DNA of 64,000 nucleotides from an uncultured Candidatus Saccharibacteria bacterium (GCA_947085855.1 CAMTYB010000002.1:23278-87277), one strand, 5' to 3'. Counted from the first letter of the stretch, positions 41,096 to 49,833 are shown. The notes: generated by a model from the sequence alone, not told the origin. Numbers and translations: made by a program.

Positions 41096-42688
41096 ATGCC
41101 GATAGCAAATTCAAGAGAAATAATCTCTGAACCAGTCGGTTCACCGGCTGAAAGAGTCTTTGCTGATATCTTGCAGGAACAACATGGTATATTTCGGGTC
41201 AACTTTATGCCGACTTCTAATGTTGATCATGACAACAGCACCAACGCTCCGCTGATGAGAATCGTGCAAAATAGCACAGATCCCAGTCTGTATAGTGTAA
41301 GTCCAATAAGTGACGAGGTAATGGAGCCAATGGAGGTTCGGCTTGATGATGCTGAAGGATTGGCTCGGGCTGCGTCTTATATCGCGGTGCGAGGCTTAGG
41401 GCTGAGTCTCTCTGACCAGACTTCGCGAACAGATGAGGAGGTGCTTAAGTCATACGTTGGAGAAACTCCAAGACTAGACATTGACCCAACGAACTGGATA
41501 TCGCGGAATCCCTTCATATTTGATTTAACTCGCCTGGACCCCAAATACGGCAACGTTTTGCGCTATCTTTGTAATGAGCGCGGGCTATTCCTTAAGGCGG
41601 GTAATTATCCATCCCAACGTGCTTACTGGAATTCTACACTGAATGGTGGCTTGCCTGTTTTCAAAAAGGCCGATCCGATTCATGAAGGAACATTCATGCT
41701 CCACGACCTATATCACTTTGTCCCTACAGATCCCTTGCTTGGGAACAAAGCTAACGATGCGTACAGTGTATCGCTCTACCTAGCCCATCGACTCATGTCT
41801 GAAGCAACAACATTGGTATTGGCAGATATGGTTGCTATTGCCGACTCAAAGATTGAGGCTAAAGGATATGACTTAGATAAGCGCAAGATATTCCCTGTAT
41901 ATCGCTCAATTGCTGAGTCGAGCGGAAAGCCCGACACTGATAAGCTGCTGGCTGCCAACACATACTTTTGTTTTACCGGCGATGCAATCGGATTCCGAAT
42001 GCTTAACGCATCCGAAGATTCTATACTGGATTACGAACAAAAGTATTCTGGCGTGTTTCGAGATGACTTTATGTGGAATTTTCAGAATATTCAACACATG
42101 GTTCAGGAACGTAGTAGTAACCCATTATTCGAGGATTACTACGAATGGCTAGAAGCTTGCACTAATCTACCTACCCTTGATCAATACACTGACCTTTGCG
42201 ATGAAAGCGGTATAGAAATTGCTGATATGCTCAGTTCGTTTCGTGCAGACTATATGCAGGCCCAGACCTACAATGGGGCAATTGATGACGCGAAGCGGCA
42301 TGGGATGGCTGCCCGTAAGTATTTTGCTGGTCAGAGGGTTATTTTTGCACGATATGGCGATATCGTTAACCCTTGTGAATATCTAACAAGATTTGACGAG
42401 TGCTATAGTCAAATCGACACAGCAACCTCGGTCGAGGAGCACAAGGCACTTGATGAAGAAATGAAGGAAATCGTTAGTCGATATGTAGACGTCATTAGTG
42501 CCAGAGGTGTATTGCTGCCACATGAGATTCTAGATAATAAATTTGCTACACCTCTGTATCCTGTGCGGTTCATAAGTTATGAAAAGACGAGTACAAGAAC
42601 AAAAGAGCAGCTGTCTGCGGCCATGAATTCGTTTGTGCGTACAAATCAGCGGCAGCTGGGTCGTATGCTCGAAATTGTGCAATCTTAG
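41096..42688 (+). CDS. large hypothetical protein (HDLYH motif)
   Basis: About 530 aa, last gene of the plus-strand operon. The only notable motif is MLHDLYHFVPTDP. ATG 41096 is preferred over the listed TTG 41054. Confidence 0.55.
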   Translation: MPIANSREIISEPVGSPAERVFADILQEQHGIFRVNFMPTSNVDHDNSTNAPLMRIVQNSTDPSLYSVSPISDEVMEPMEVRLDDAEGLARAASYIAVRGLGLSLSDQTSRTDEEVLKSYVGETPRLDIDPTNWISRNPFIFDLTRLDPKYGNVLRYLCNERGLFLKAGNYPSQRAYWNSTLNGGLPVFKKADPIHEGTFMLHDLYHFVPTDPLLGNKANDAYSVSLYLAHRLMSEATTLVLADMVAIADSKIEAKGYDLDKRKIFPVYRSIAESSGKPDTDKLLAANTYFCFTGDAIGFRMLNASEDSILDYEQKYSGVFRDDFMWNFQNIQHMVQERSSNPLFEDYYEWLEACTNLPTLDQYTDLCDESGIEIADMLSSFRADYMQAQTYNGAIDDAKRHGMAARKYFAGQRVIFARYGDIVNPCEYLTRFDECYSQIDTATSVEEHKALDEEMKEIVSRYVDVISARGVLLPHEILDNKFATPLYPVRFISYEKTSTRTKEQLSAAMNSFVRTNQRQLGRMLEIVQS

Positions 42689-42691
42689 CAG

Positions 42692-43279
42692 TTAGCTAAC
42701 ACGTAATCCCGCAAAATTTAAAATATATCCCGCAACGTTAGTGCAAGTTTCTTCTTGTCGTCCGTATTCGTTTACGACAATGTGATCAAATGCTGGCAAC
42801 ATAGTAAGATCTGTTGGTTCAGATGCTCTTCGAGTCATAATAGCCTCCTCGGACAAGCCTCCATCACGCATTTGCTGCTCAATGTCAGTCCAACTTCGGG
42901 GCAAAACAAAAACTGAACCTACTGCCTGCTCGCCCATCTCTCTGCGAAGCTCAATGGCACTTCCGGCAGCTAAGTTAATTGTCCGTATGCGATCAATCGA
43001 GTCATTAGGGGCTGCAATGACATTGTCAAATTCCCTTATTGGAGTGCCGTATTTGTTTTCACCAAGCGTTAACACATCGAACATGCCAACTGTACGGCGA
43101 ATCGTATCGAACTCTCGGTTCCCAATAAAGTTATAGTCTCTTCCGTCAACTTCGTGCGGACGAGGTTCTCGCGTTGTGTAGGGCACTATAGGTCGTATGC
43201 CATAGCTATCACGAAGTCCATCAATAAGGGCACTTTTGCCAACTCCGCGTGGTCCAGAAACAGTAATGATTTTTGCCAT
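42692..43279 (-). CDS. guanylate kinase-family nucleotide kinase
   Basis: ITVSGPRGVGKSAL P-loop and PYTTREPRPHEVDGRDYNFI, KYGTP. Confidence 0.75.
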   Translation of the reverse strand: MAKIITVSGPRGVGKSALIDGLRDSYGIRPIVPYTTREPRPHEVDGRDYNFIGNREFDTIRRTVGMFDVLTLGENKYGTPIREFDNVIAAPNDSIDRIRTINLAAGSAIELRREMGEQAVGSVFVLPRSWTDIEQQMRDGGLSEEAIMTRRASEPTDLTMLPAFDHIVVNEYGRQEETCTNVAGYILNFAGLRVS

Positions 43280-43398
43280 CTTCTCTAGAAACTAACATAA
43301 TGCAACAAATGATGCAATCTAGCAATCTAATTATCAAGGCATATCAACAGAGTTTAAGAATATTTATACATACCATAAAATCCCCACTCGAAACAGCG

Positions 43399-43422
43399 AA
43401 AAAACGAGCCCAAATGGACTCG
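43399..43422 (-). terminator. intrinsic terminator, interpreted as the displaced terminator of tRNA-Gln
   Basis: Minus strand reads CGAGTCC-ATTT-GGGCTCG (7-bp stem with one G-U) followed by TTTTTT. No minus-strand gene lies immediately upstream of it. Confidence 0.6.
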
Positions 43423-43430
43423 CCTTTTCG

Positions 43431-43438
43431 TGGCTGGG
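43431..43438. repeat. left copy of 8-bp direct repeat TGGCTGGG (putative attL core)
   Basis: Identical to 62807-62814, which is the complement of the tRNA-Gln 3' end CCCAGCCA. Lies 8 nt from the orphan terminator. Confidence 0.5.
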
Positions 43439-43559
43439 CTAGTGTCCCGTAGGTGGAACCACCTTTATCCAACATTACTCAGTATATATCAAAAACTAGA
43501 CAGTCTTGGCTTCGAATATATAGAGGGTAAAGTCTCATATCCAGAGTTGGAGGAACACG

Positions 43560-44036
43560 ATGTTTAGCTCACGCAAGACCTCTCCTGACGACCTCCTAAC
43601 TTCAAGGCTTTTTGATGACAGAACATTCTACAATAGCTTCCTGAGTGATCTCAAGAAGGCTAAGCATGAAGTCCTTATCGAGAGTCCCTACATGACAACT
43701 AACAGGCTTACCCTGTTAGAGCCCAGCCTGCGCAAACTCATCAAAAAAGGTGTAAAGATACGTGTACATACACGTTTTCCGGGGCATCATGATGAACTCC
43801 TGAGAATTCAAGCTTGGATCGTCACAAAACGCCTCAAGGAGATGGGTGTTAAAGTTAAGTTCTTTAACGATTACCATCACCGCAAGATAGCCGTACTCGA
43901 TAGCCGCATATTATGGGAAGGTAGTCTTAATATTCTCTCTCAAAGCAATAGCAGAGAGATCATGCGGCGCATTGAGTCGGAGCAACTAGCCAAGCAGATG
44001 ATACAGTTTCTGGGGCTAAAGCGATTTTACTGGTAA
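43560..44036 (+). CDS. phospholipase D-family (single HKD) nuclease, Nuc-like
   Basis: Complete HKD signature HRKIAVLDSRILWEGSLN = HxK(x)4D(x)6GSxN. 158 aa, no signal peptide. Confidence 0.8.
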   Translation: MFSSRKTSPDDLLTSRLFDDRTFYNSFLSDLKKAKHEVLIESPYMTTNRLTLLEPSLRKLIKKGVKIRVHTRFPGHHDELLRIQAWIVTKRLKEMGVKVKFFNDYHHRKIAVLDSRILWEGSLNILSQSNSREIMRRIESEQLAKQMIQFLGLKRFYW

Positions 44037-44049
44037 AATGGAGGGTATT

Positions 44050-44247
44050 ATGGCAGAAGATTACGAAATCAATGAAAAAGATATTGAGAGCACGATACGC
44101 TTTCTAAAAATTCATGATCCTGAGAATGCGACACCAGAGAAAGCTATTGCTCTGCTTGAAGACTTACGGGCTGGCGTGCATCAAATGTCTCACTCCAACC
44201 CTGAGCTTCTCGAAAAACTCCTCAAAGATCTTAAGAGGTCGTCCTAA
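44050..44247 (+). CDS. small acidic helical protein coupled to the PLD nuclease gene
   Basis: ATG 44050 is preceded by GGAGGG (44039-44045). An alternative ATG at 44038 lies 1 nt after the PLD stop. 65-69 aa. Confidence 0.5.
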   Translation: MAEDYEINEKDIESTIRFLKIHDPENATPEKAIALLEDLRAGVHQMSHSNPELLEKLLKDLKRSS

Positions 44248-44456
44248 ACTTCAAAGACATCGGTTGATTTGGCGCCGAGGGCTTTGACAATATCTAGCAC
44301 TACCTCGGCAGAGACTCGTACATCAGCTCGTTCAATACGGGCATAGTAGTTCACACTAACGCCTGCCTTTTTGGCGACATCCGCTTGTGTCATCCCCTTT
44401 CTGAGGCGAATCTGTTTCAGGTTCTTAGCAATGGTGCGTCTTGTTTTTTCACTCAT
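44244..44456 (-). CDS. XRE-family helix-turn-helix regulator
   Basis: LRKGMTQADVAKKAGVSVNYYARIERA HTH_3 pattern. Divergent from the OLD-family operon. Confidence 0.85.
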   Translation of the reverse strand: MSEKTRRTIAKNLKQIRLRKGMTQADVAKKAGVSVNYYARIERADVRVSAEVVLDIVKALGAKSTDVFEV

Positions 44457-44490
44457 AGTATTCTGGAATTATTGTAGCATGCCCCTCTAT

Positions 44491-44519
44491 CTGACAAGAG
44501 AGGCAAAAAGTAGTAGAAT
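44491..44519 (+). promoter_or_regulatory. promoter candidate for the OLD/DUF2130 operon with an overlapping imperfect inverted repeat
   Basis: CTGACA (44491-44496), 17-nt spacer, TAGAAT (44514-44519). Imperfect IR GCCCCTCT / AGAGAGGC (44481-44488 / 44497-44504) brackets the -35. Confidence 0.4.
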
Positions 44520-44562
44520 AATAAGGAAATATATGGTTTAGGAATAAGAAGATTGAAGACGA

Positions 44563-46269
44563 ATGAAACTAGTAAAGTTTGCTGTAAACAATTTCAGATG
44601 TATCTCAGGAGGTACAGATAGCAATTATATAGACTTTGAGGAAGCGAATGCTATTTTTATTTTTGGACAAAATAATGTTGGTAAGTCCACTTTTCTTAGA
44701 GCCTATGAGGTATTTTATGAAGATAAAATTACCCCAGACGACTATAACCATTCTGCGGAGAATGATATTGAAGTCGAGGCGTGGTTCAGGATCGATGAGT
44801 CACAGGATAAACCGATTATCGATGAGGGAACCTCAAACAAATTCGATAACTTAAAAGAAAACTATTTAAGCGATGGCTTGCTTAAGATTAAAAAGTCTTG
44901 GCAGTATGCAGACAAAGGCAAGTCTCCATCTAGCCAGACATATAATATAAAGACAGAGACTTGGGATGTTAAGGCCTATGGCGGGATAGGCGCTCACTCC
45001 GTGTTTAAGCCTTTGATGTTGAAACCACTCTTTATTCAAGCAATGCCAAGTGAAAAACAAGTCGAAGACATAGTCAACGAGATCTTGAAAGAAGCAGCCA
45101 CAAAAAAACTTTCCGATCAAGAAAGCCAGGAATTAAAGGACGCCGAAGAGAAGATCTCAAATCTGCAAGACAAGGTTTATAGCAAGACTGCGATTTCAGA
45201 ATATCGCACTAAGGTGAATGAGAAGTTCAGCGCTTTATTTAGTGACTATGAAGTGGATATCGATGATGGTACTTCAAAGGTGAAATATACTCACGATAAA
45301 TTAGGTAAAGACTTTAAGATTACCTTTAATAAAACCGATACAAACAAAGCTAGTACATACATGCAAATGGGGCATGGTGCTGTGCGTATGGCTATATTTC
45401 TATTAATGCTGATGCGTGACGAGCTGCGGGAGACGGGAGTTGCAGAAAAGAACTATCTAGTGTTGTTTGAAGAGCCCGAACTGTTTCTACACCCAACACT
45501 CACGAAGAAACTACGGGATTTAATATATGAGGTTAGCGATGATGATATGCCATTTCAGGTTCTCTCGGCATCACACTCCCCTCAAATGATAGATATAAGC
45601 AAAGACCACACATCTTTAGTAAGAATGACTCGGGAAGAAGATGCATCAACTTCCCTGTTCCAGGTTAATAAAGAAGATCTTAAGAACCCCGAACAGCAGA
45701 CAGATGAAGCTGTTAAGAATAAGATTTATGAGATACTTCGATTCGATCCTTTTATCTGCGAATCATTCTATGCTGACGAGGTTGTGCTTGTTGAAGGAGA
45801 CACAGAGGCAATTATTTGGCGCGGTTTTCAGCAGGAGTTTAAGTCAAAGAAAGATGTATTCGTAGTTAATTGTCACTCATGTACTAACATCCCCTTCTAC
45901 CAGAAAATATTCTCAAAGTTTAATATACCTTACAGTGTAATCTGCGATACCGACGCTAACAGCGGGTGGGACAATAATACAACCAGTCCAAAGTTTACGG
46001 CAGGTATCCAAAAAAGTATCGCAGAACAATTTTATGCAGATTTAGACAATAAAAAGTCAAAGCATTTTCTTGTTTTTGAGGAGACGTTTGAGCCAGCACA
46101 CATAAAACTGAGTGATCCTTTTCAGTATGATGCTTCTGGCACAGAAGGTAAGCCATTCAAAGCAGATCGCTATTGGAGGCAACTCATTGAAAATAAAGAG
46201 ACTGATGGGTTTGATGCGATCCCTATAGTTAGTTATATGAAGGTAATTTCAGGGGAAAATAATGGATAA
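44563..46269 (+). CDS. OLD-family ATP-dependent nuclease (ABC-type ATPase plus Toprim)
   Basis: Walker A FGQNNVGKST, LVLFEEPELFLHP (Walker B/D-loop of AAA_15/21 type), C-terminal Toprim VVLVEGDTEAIIW and ICDTD. Confidence 0.8.
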   Translation: MKLVKFAVNNFRCISGGTDSNYIDFEEANAIFIFGQNNVGKSTFLRAYEVFYEDKITPDDYNHSAENDIEVEAWFRIDESQDKPIIDEGTSNKFDNLKENYLSDGLLKIKKSWQYADKGKSPSSQTYNIKTETWDVKAYGGIGAHSVFKPLMLKPLFIQAMPSEKQVEDIVNEILKEAATKKLSDQESQELKDAEEKISNLQDKVYSKTAISEYRTKVNEKFSALFSDYEVDIDDGTSKVKYTHDKLGKDFKITFNKTDTNKASTYMQMGHGAVRMAIFLLMLMRDELRETGVAEKNYLVLFEEPELFLHPTLTKKLRDLIYEVSDDDMPFQVLSASHSPQMIDISKDHTSLVRMTREEDASTSLFQVNKEDLKNPEQQTDEAVKNKIYEILRFDPFICESFYADEVVLVEGDTEAIIWRGFQQEFKSKKDVFVVNCHSCTNIPFYQKIFSKFNIPYSVICDTDANSGWDNNTTSPKFTAGIQKSIAEQFYADLDNKKSKHFLVFEETFEPAHIKLSDPFQYDASGTEGKPFKADRYWRQLIENKETDGFDAIPIVSYMKVISGENNG

Positions 46270-47407
46270 ACTGACTTGTCCGCATTGCGGCAGAGAGGTT
46301 GAGCTTACTGAGGCTTTTACCAAAGATATTGAGAAAACATTACTTGAAGCTGAGCATAAAAAACATATTGCTGAGATTGAACAGGTTCGAAAGGACGCTG
46401 AGACAAAAGCTCGTACAGCTGCCGAGGCTAAGATTGATCTAAAACTCAAGCAACTGGAGTCTGCCAGCGAAGAAGATAGAAAAGAAAATAAGGAATTGAG
46501 AACACAGATAGTCACCTTAACTACTGAGCTTCGTGCATCAAGAAAAACGGCTGAAAATGCTGAGCTGGAAATGCAAAAGAAGCTCACTGAGGAAGAGGCT
46601 AAGATTCGTGAGGCAGCCGATAAGTCTGCGGACGAAAAACAACGTCTCAAGCTTGCCGAGAAAGATAAGCAGCTAGAGGCTGCCCGAAAGGCTAACGAAG
46701 ACCTACAAAGAAAACTTAATCAAGGTTCGCAACAAATGCAGGGCGAGATTCTTGAACTTGACCTTGAAAATGCCCTATCAGCTGAATTCAAAGATGATTT
46801 AATTGCGCCTGTAGAAAAAGGCATCAAAGGCGCAGATATTAAGCACTCCGTGCGTACACCTTTAGGCAATGAGTGTGGCGTAATTCTGTGGGAAATCAAA
46901 CGCACGAAAGCTTGGACTGAGGGCTGGATTGCAAAACTCAAGAATGATCTCCGAGAGACTAAGGCAAATATTCCGGTCATTATTACCGAAGTGATGCCTA
47001 AAGATATAGATGGAGAAATACATTTTCATAATGGTGTATGGATTGCGAAGCCAGCATCGGCTTTGATACTTGCTGCCCTGCTTCGAAAAAGCTTGCTTGA
47101 TGTGGCTCGCGAAAAGGCCATTACTAAGCATCGAGGTACGAGCGCGGACGCTCTCTATACCTTCGTGACGAGTCATGAGTTTGTACAGCAAATCGAGGCA
47201 ATGGTTGAAGTTTACATGGAGATGATTACCGACATCACTAAGGAGAAGGCAAGCTTTGATCGAGTATGGGCAAAACGTGAAGCACAGGCTAAGAAGCTAC
47301 TGGGTAGCACAGCTAATATTATTGGCAGTATGCAAGGACAACTAGGTACCGGTGCAATGCCAAAAATTAAGGGGCTTGAGTTGCTTGAGCCTGGCGACCA
47401 AGCCTAA
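46262..47407 (+). CDS. DUF2130-like protein: Zn-ribbon, long coiled coil, PD-(D/E)xK nuclease-like C-domain
   Basis: N-terminal LTCPHCGREVEL, about 150 aa of E/K/A-rich heptad-like sequence, then GADIKHSV...GVILWEIKRTKAW (D...ExK). Overlaps the OLD gene by 8 nt. Confidence 0.65.
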   Translation: MDKLTCPHCGREVELTEAFTKDIEKTLLEAEHKKHIAEIEQVRKDAETKARTAAEAKIDLKLKQLESASEEDRKENKELRTQIVTLTTELRASRKTAENAELEMQKKLTEEEAKIREAADKSADEKQRLKLAEKDKQLEAARKANEDLQRKLNQGSQQMQGEILELDLENALSAEFKDDLIAPVEKGIKGADIKHSVRTPLGNECGVILWEIKRTKAWTEGWIAKLKNDLRETKANIPVIITEVMPKDIDGEIHFHNGVWIAKPASALILAALLRKSLLDVAREKAITKHRGTSADALYTFVTSHEFVQQIEAMVEVYMEMITDITKEKASFDRVWAKREAQAKKLLGSTANIIGSMQGQLGTGAMPKIKGLELLEPGDQA

Positions 47408-47619
47408 TCCCGGAACAATTCCTTCATCTTTATTTTTAGTGCTTTGGCGATCTTCTCTACGTTCTTGACGGAAGGGTTGCGTACCCCTCTCTCAATACCA
47501 GATATATATGTACGATCTAATCCAGTCATAAAGCCTAGTTCTTCTTGGGATAATTCCGCAGCTAGTCGGTACTCACGTACTCTCTTACCAAGTTTCTGCT
47601 GAGTGCTTAAACGTGCCAT
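47404..47619 (-). CDS. XRE-family helix-turn-helix regulator
   Basis: LSQEELGFMTGLDRTYISGIERG HTH_3 pattern. Divergent from the tail-fibre-like cluster. Confidence 0.85.
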   Translation of the reverse strand: MARLSTQQKLGKRVREYRLAAELSQEELGFMTGLDRTYISGIERGVRNPSVKNVEKIAKALKIKMKELFRD

Positions 47620-47632
47620 ATACTCAATAGTG

Positions 47633-47644
47633 GCAACATGTTGC
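47633..47644. promoter_or_regulatory. 12-bp perfect palindrome GCAACATGTTGC just upstream of the second XRE gene (candidate operator)
   Basis: Read directly at 47633-47644, 14 nt from the XRE start codon at 47619. Confidence 0.35.
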
Positions 47645-47786
47645 TTATGAGACTACGGACTATAAGTCACAATCGAGCTTGATTTCTATCTGCTAGACTG
47701 CTATTAATTGTAATAATGCTTATGCAGCAATGAGGCGAACAAGTAAAAATATGAACACAACCACACAACACGACAAAGTACCTTAC

Positions 47787-47815
47787 TTGACAGGCGAAAC
47801 CAGTCTATGGATAAT
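47787..47815 (+). promoter_or_regulatory. sigma70-type promoter for the tail-fibre-like cluster
   Basis: TTGACA (47787-47792), 17-nt spacer, GATAAT (47810-47815). Confidence 0.5.
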
Positions 47816-47881
47816 CATAACTAGTATGAGGGACAAAATAAACAATACTATCTGCTCTAATTCCAGGGACACTATATAGCC

Positions 47882-48394
47882 ATGCCCAGTAGACTCCCAA
47901 CACCAGGAGGAGACCAAGGTTCTTGGGGAGACATCCTCAATGACTTTCTAGAACAAAGCCATGCTAGTGATGGCTCACTGAAAGACGGAGTAGTAACTAA
48001 TGCCAAAGTATCCGCTACTGCAGCCATAGCTAAGACTAAACTAGCCAGTGATGTCCAAACATCTCTGGACGCTGCAGACAATGCTATTCCTGCAAGTCAA
48101 AAAGGTGCGAGCGGTGGTGTAGCATCCCTCACCGGCACAACCCTAACCCCCGCACAAATACCTACCACAGTCGTTACTAAGTCAACCGATTCAAACGATA
48201 CTGGCAAAGCCATAGATGCTCATACTGGAGCCCCGCTTGTGGTGGTAAGTAAGAGCGATGGGCTAGGAGTCGTAGTGCACGGCGGCAACGCGAACACCGC
48301 GCGTCCCGCCGGCTACGCCGTCGTGCATTGGATTGGGTCGGTCGAGCCCATCAATGCCGTAGACGACGACCTTTGGGCAGATACGAGCGTCTGA
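47882..48394 (+). CDS. phage minor-tail/tail-fibre-like protein, compositionally chimeric
   Basis: The N-terminus LPTPGGDQGSWGDILNDFLEQSHASDGSLK resembles the N-terminal motif I associate with actinophage minor tail proteins. GC jumps inside the ORF near 48.25 kb without breaking the frame. Confidence 0.55.
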   Translation: MPSRLPTPGGDQGSWGDILNDFLEQSHASDGSLKDGVVTNAKVSATAAIAKTKLASDVQTSLDAADNAIPASQKGASGGVASLTGTTLTPAQIPTTVVTKSTDSNDTGKAIDAHTGAPLVVVSKSDGLGVVVHGGNANTARPAGYAVVHWIGSVEPINAVDDDLWADTSV

Positions 48395-49833
48395 TGACGA
48401 AGCTCCGCCGCAAAATGTCGGGGAACTTCGTGGGACGTGGTCCAAACGGCGAGCGAGTCCCACCCAAAACACCCGCGTATTCCACGTCGGCTGACATTCA
48501 GGTCGCCTCCATCTCCGAGTTGCTTGCGGCGGTAGCGGCGCTCGGTCCCAGCGGAGGCGGGTCGGTAATCGAGATCACCGCTAGCTCTCTGGCCGGTCAG
48601 ATCACGATTCCGAATAACTCCAACTCCGCGTCATGGACAGAGAACGTTCTGGTACGTCCACGGCTTGGTGAACGATGCAGCGTTGGGTTGCTCTCGAGCA
48701 GTTGCGCAAACGTCACCTTCGCTGGACTGGACTTCGAAAAGCAATACGCGCCTAGTACCGATCAGTGCCAGGCATACCTCAACAACACCGCCCACGGTTC
48801 TGGTTTCTGGCGATGTCGGAACCTTGATCCAATTCTCATCCAGTTCCGGGCACTCACCGATCCATGCTCGAATTGCTTCCTCTGCGAATGGGTCCAGCCG
48901 GATTGGCAGTTCTTCTACGTTCAGGACTTCTGCAACTTCGGCAGCCAAGGCCCCCTGTTCGACGGCTGCTACCTCGCCCCCATGGCCGTGACGCTGTATG
49001 ACGATGACTGGACGGTCGGCGCGACGACGTACGCCAATCCTGGTCGCCCGTTCGACTACCACAACGATGGAGCGGTCCAAGCGGGCACGTCCGTGACGCT
49101 CGGGATCTGCGACGGCGAGTACAGCTTCGGCCCGCCGAACCTGGCGCTCCTCATGTATCTCGACGACAGCCGGCATGACGCAGTGACCGCCACGGTCAGC
49201 GTCAACGGCACCGAGTGGGCTTCACTAACACTCGTCGGGCCGGACTACCGCCTTGCGCTCCGTCGGGGAGATATCGACCGCAGCTTCTCCGACGGCGATG
49301 TCGTAACGGCGACGTTCGACAAGGACGTAACCGGCGTCCACCTCGCGGCCGGTGTAGATATCACCGGCAACCCGAGCGCCGGCACGCCTGGCGTCCACGG
49401 GGACGTTTTCCAAGCGTACGCATCGGGAGAGTTCAGCCCTGGCGTACCGAGGATCGCCAAGGACTTCACATGGCGGGATTCTGTCATCGGCGCGACCACG
49501 TCGCTCAACTCGGCGTTCCAGTTCAACCCGACCTTGCAGGGCGAATTCGTCTGGGACAACTGCTTCATCGGCGCTACGGGCGGCAACAACGTTTGGGGCA
49601 ACATCGCGAATCCGGGCTACGACATCTGGCGCGAATACGTGCAGGGTTGTGACTGGCAAGGTCAGGCGAGTCTCACCGCTGACGGCTTGCTTAGTCTCTT
49701 TGCGAATAACACCTACAACGGCCTGAGTGGCACATACACCCCGGACGGCACGAATACCAACCGTGGTGCGGCCATGAAGACGCCGCCGCCTCCAAACCTC
49801 GCAGCCATCTGGCCGGAGTGTCCGCCGCTATGA
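48394..49833 (+). CDS. high-GC protein, possible right-handed beta-helix (depolymerase/tail-spike-like)
   Basis: ATG 48394 overlaps the upstream TGA (TGATG). The N-terminal SELLAAVAALGPSGGGSVIEITASSLAGQITIP pattern resembles beta-helix proteins. The functional call is weak. Confidence 0.5.
   Translation: MTKLRRKMSGNFVGRGPNGERVPPKTPAYSTSADIQVASISELLAAVAALGPSGGGSVIEITASSLAGQITIPNNSNSASWTENVLVRPRLGERCSVGLLSSSCANVTFAGLDFEKQYAPSTDQCQAYLNNTAHGSGFWRCRNLDPILIQFRALTDPCSNCFLCEWVQPDWQFFYVQDFCNFGSQGPLFDGCYLAPMAVTLYDDDWTVGATTYANPGRPFDYHNDGAVQAGTSVTLGICDGEYSFGPPNLALLMYLDDSRHDAVTATVSVNGTEWASLTLVGPDYRLALRRGDIDRSFSDGDVVTATFDKDVTGVHLAAGVDITGNPSAGTPGVHGDVFQAYASGEFSPGVPRIAKDFTWRDSVIGATTSLNSAFQFNPTLQGEFVWDNCFIGATGGNNVWGNIANPGYDIWREYVQGCDWQGQASLTADGLLSLFANNTYNGLSGTYTPDGTNTNRGAAMKTPPPPNLAAIWPECPPL

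Noticed and set aside
43381-43470. A larger tRNA fragment or pseudo-tRNA at the left junction
   Set aside because: Only the terminal 8 nt match tRNA-Gln. The nearby GGTGGTTCCACC hairpin has no T-loop (no GTTCGAAT) or acceptor pairing.
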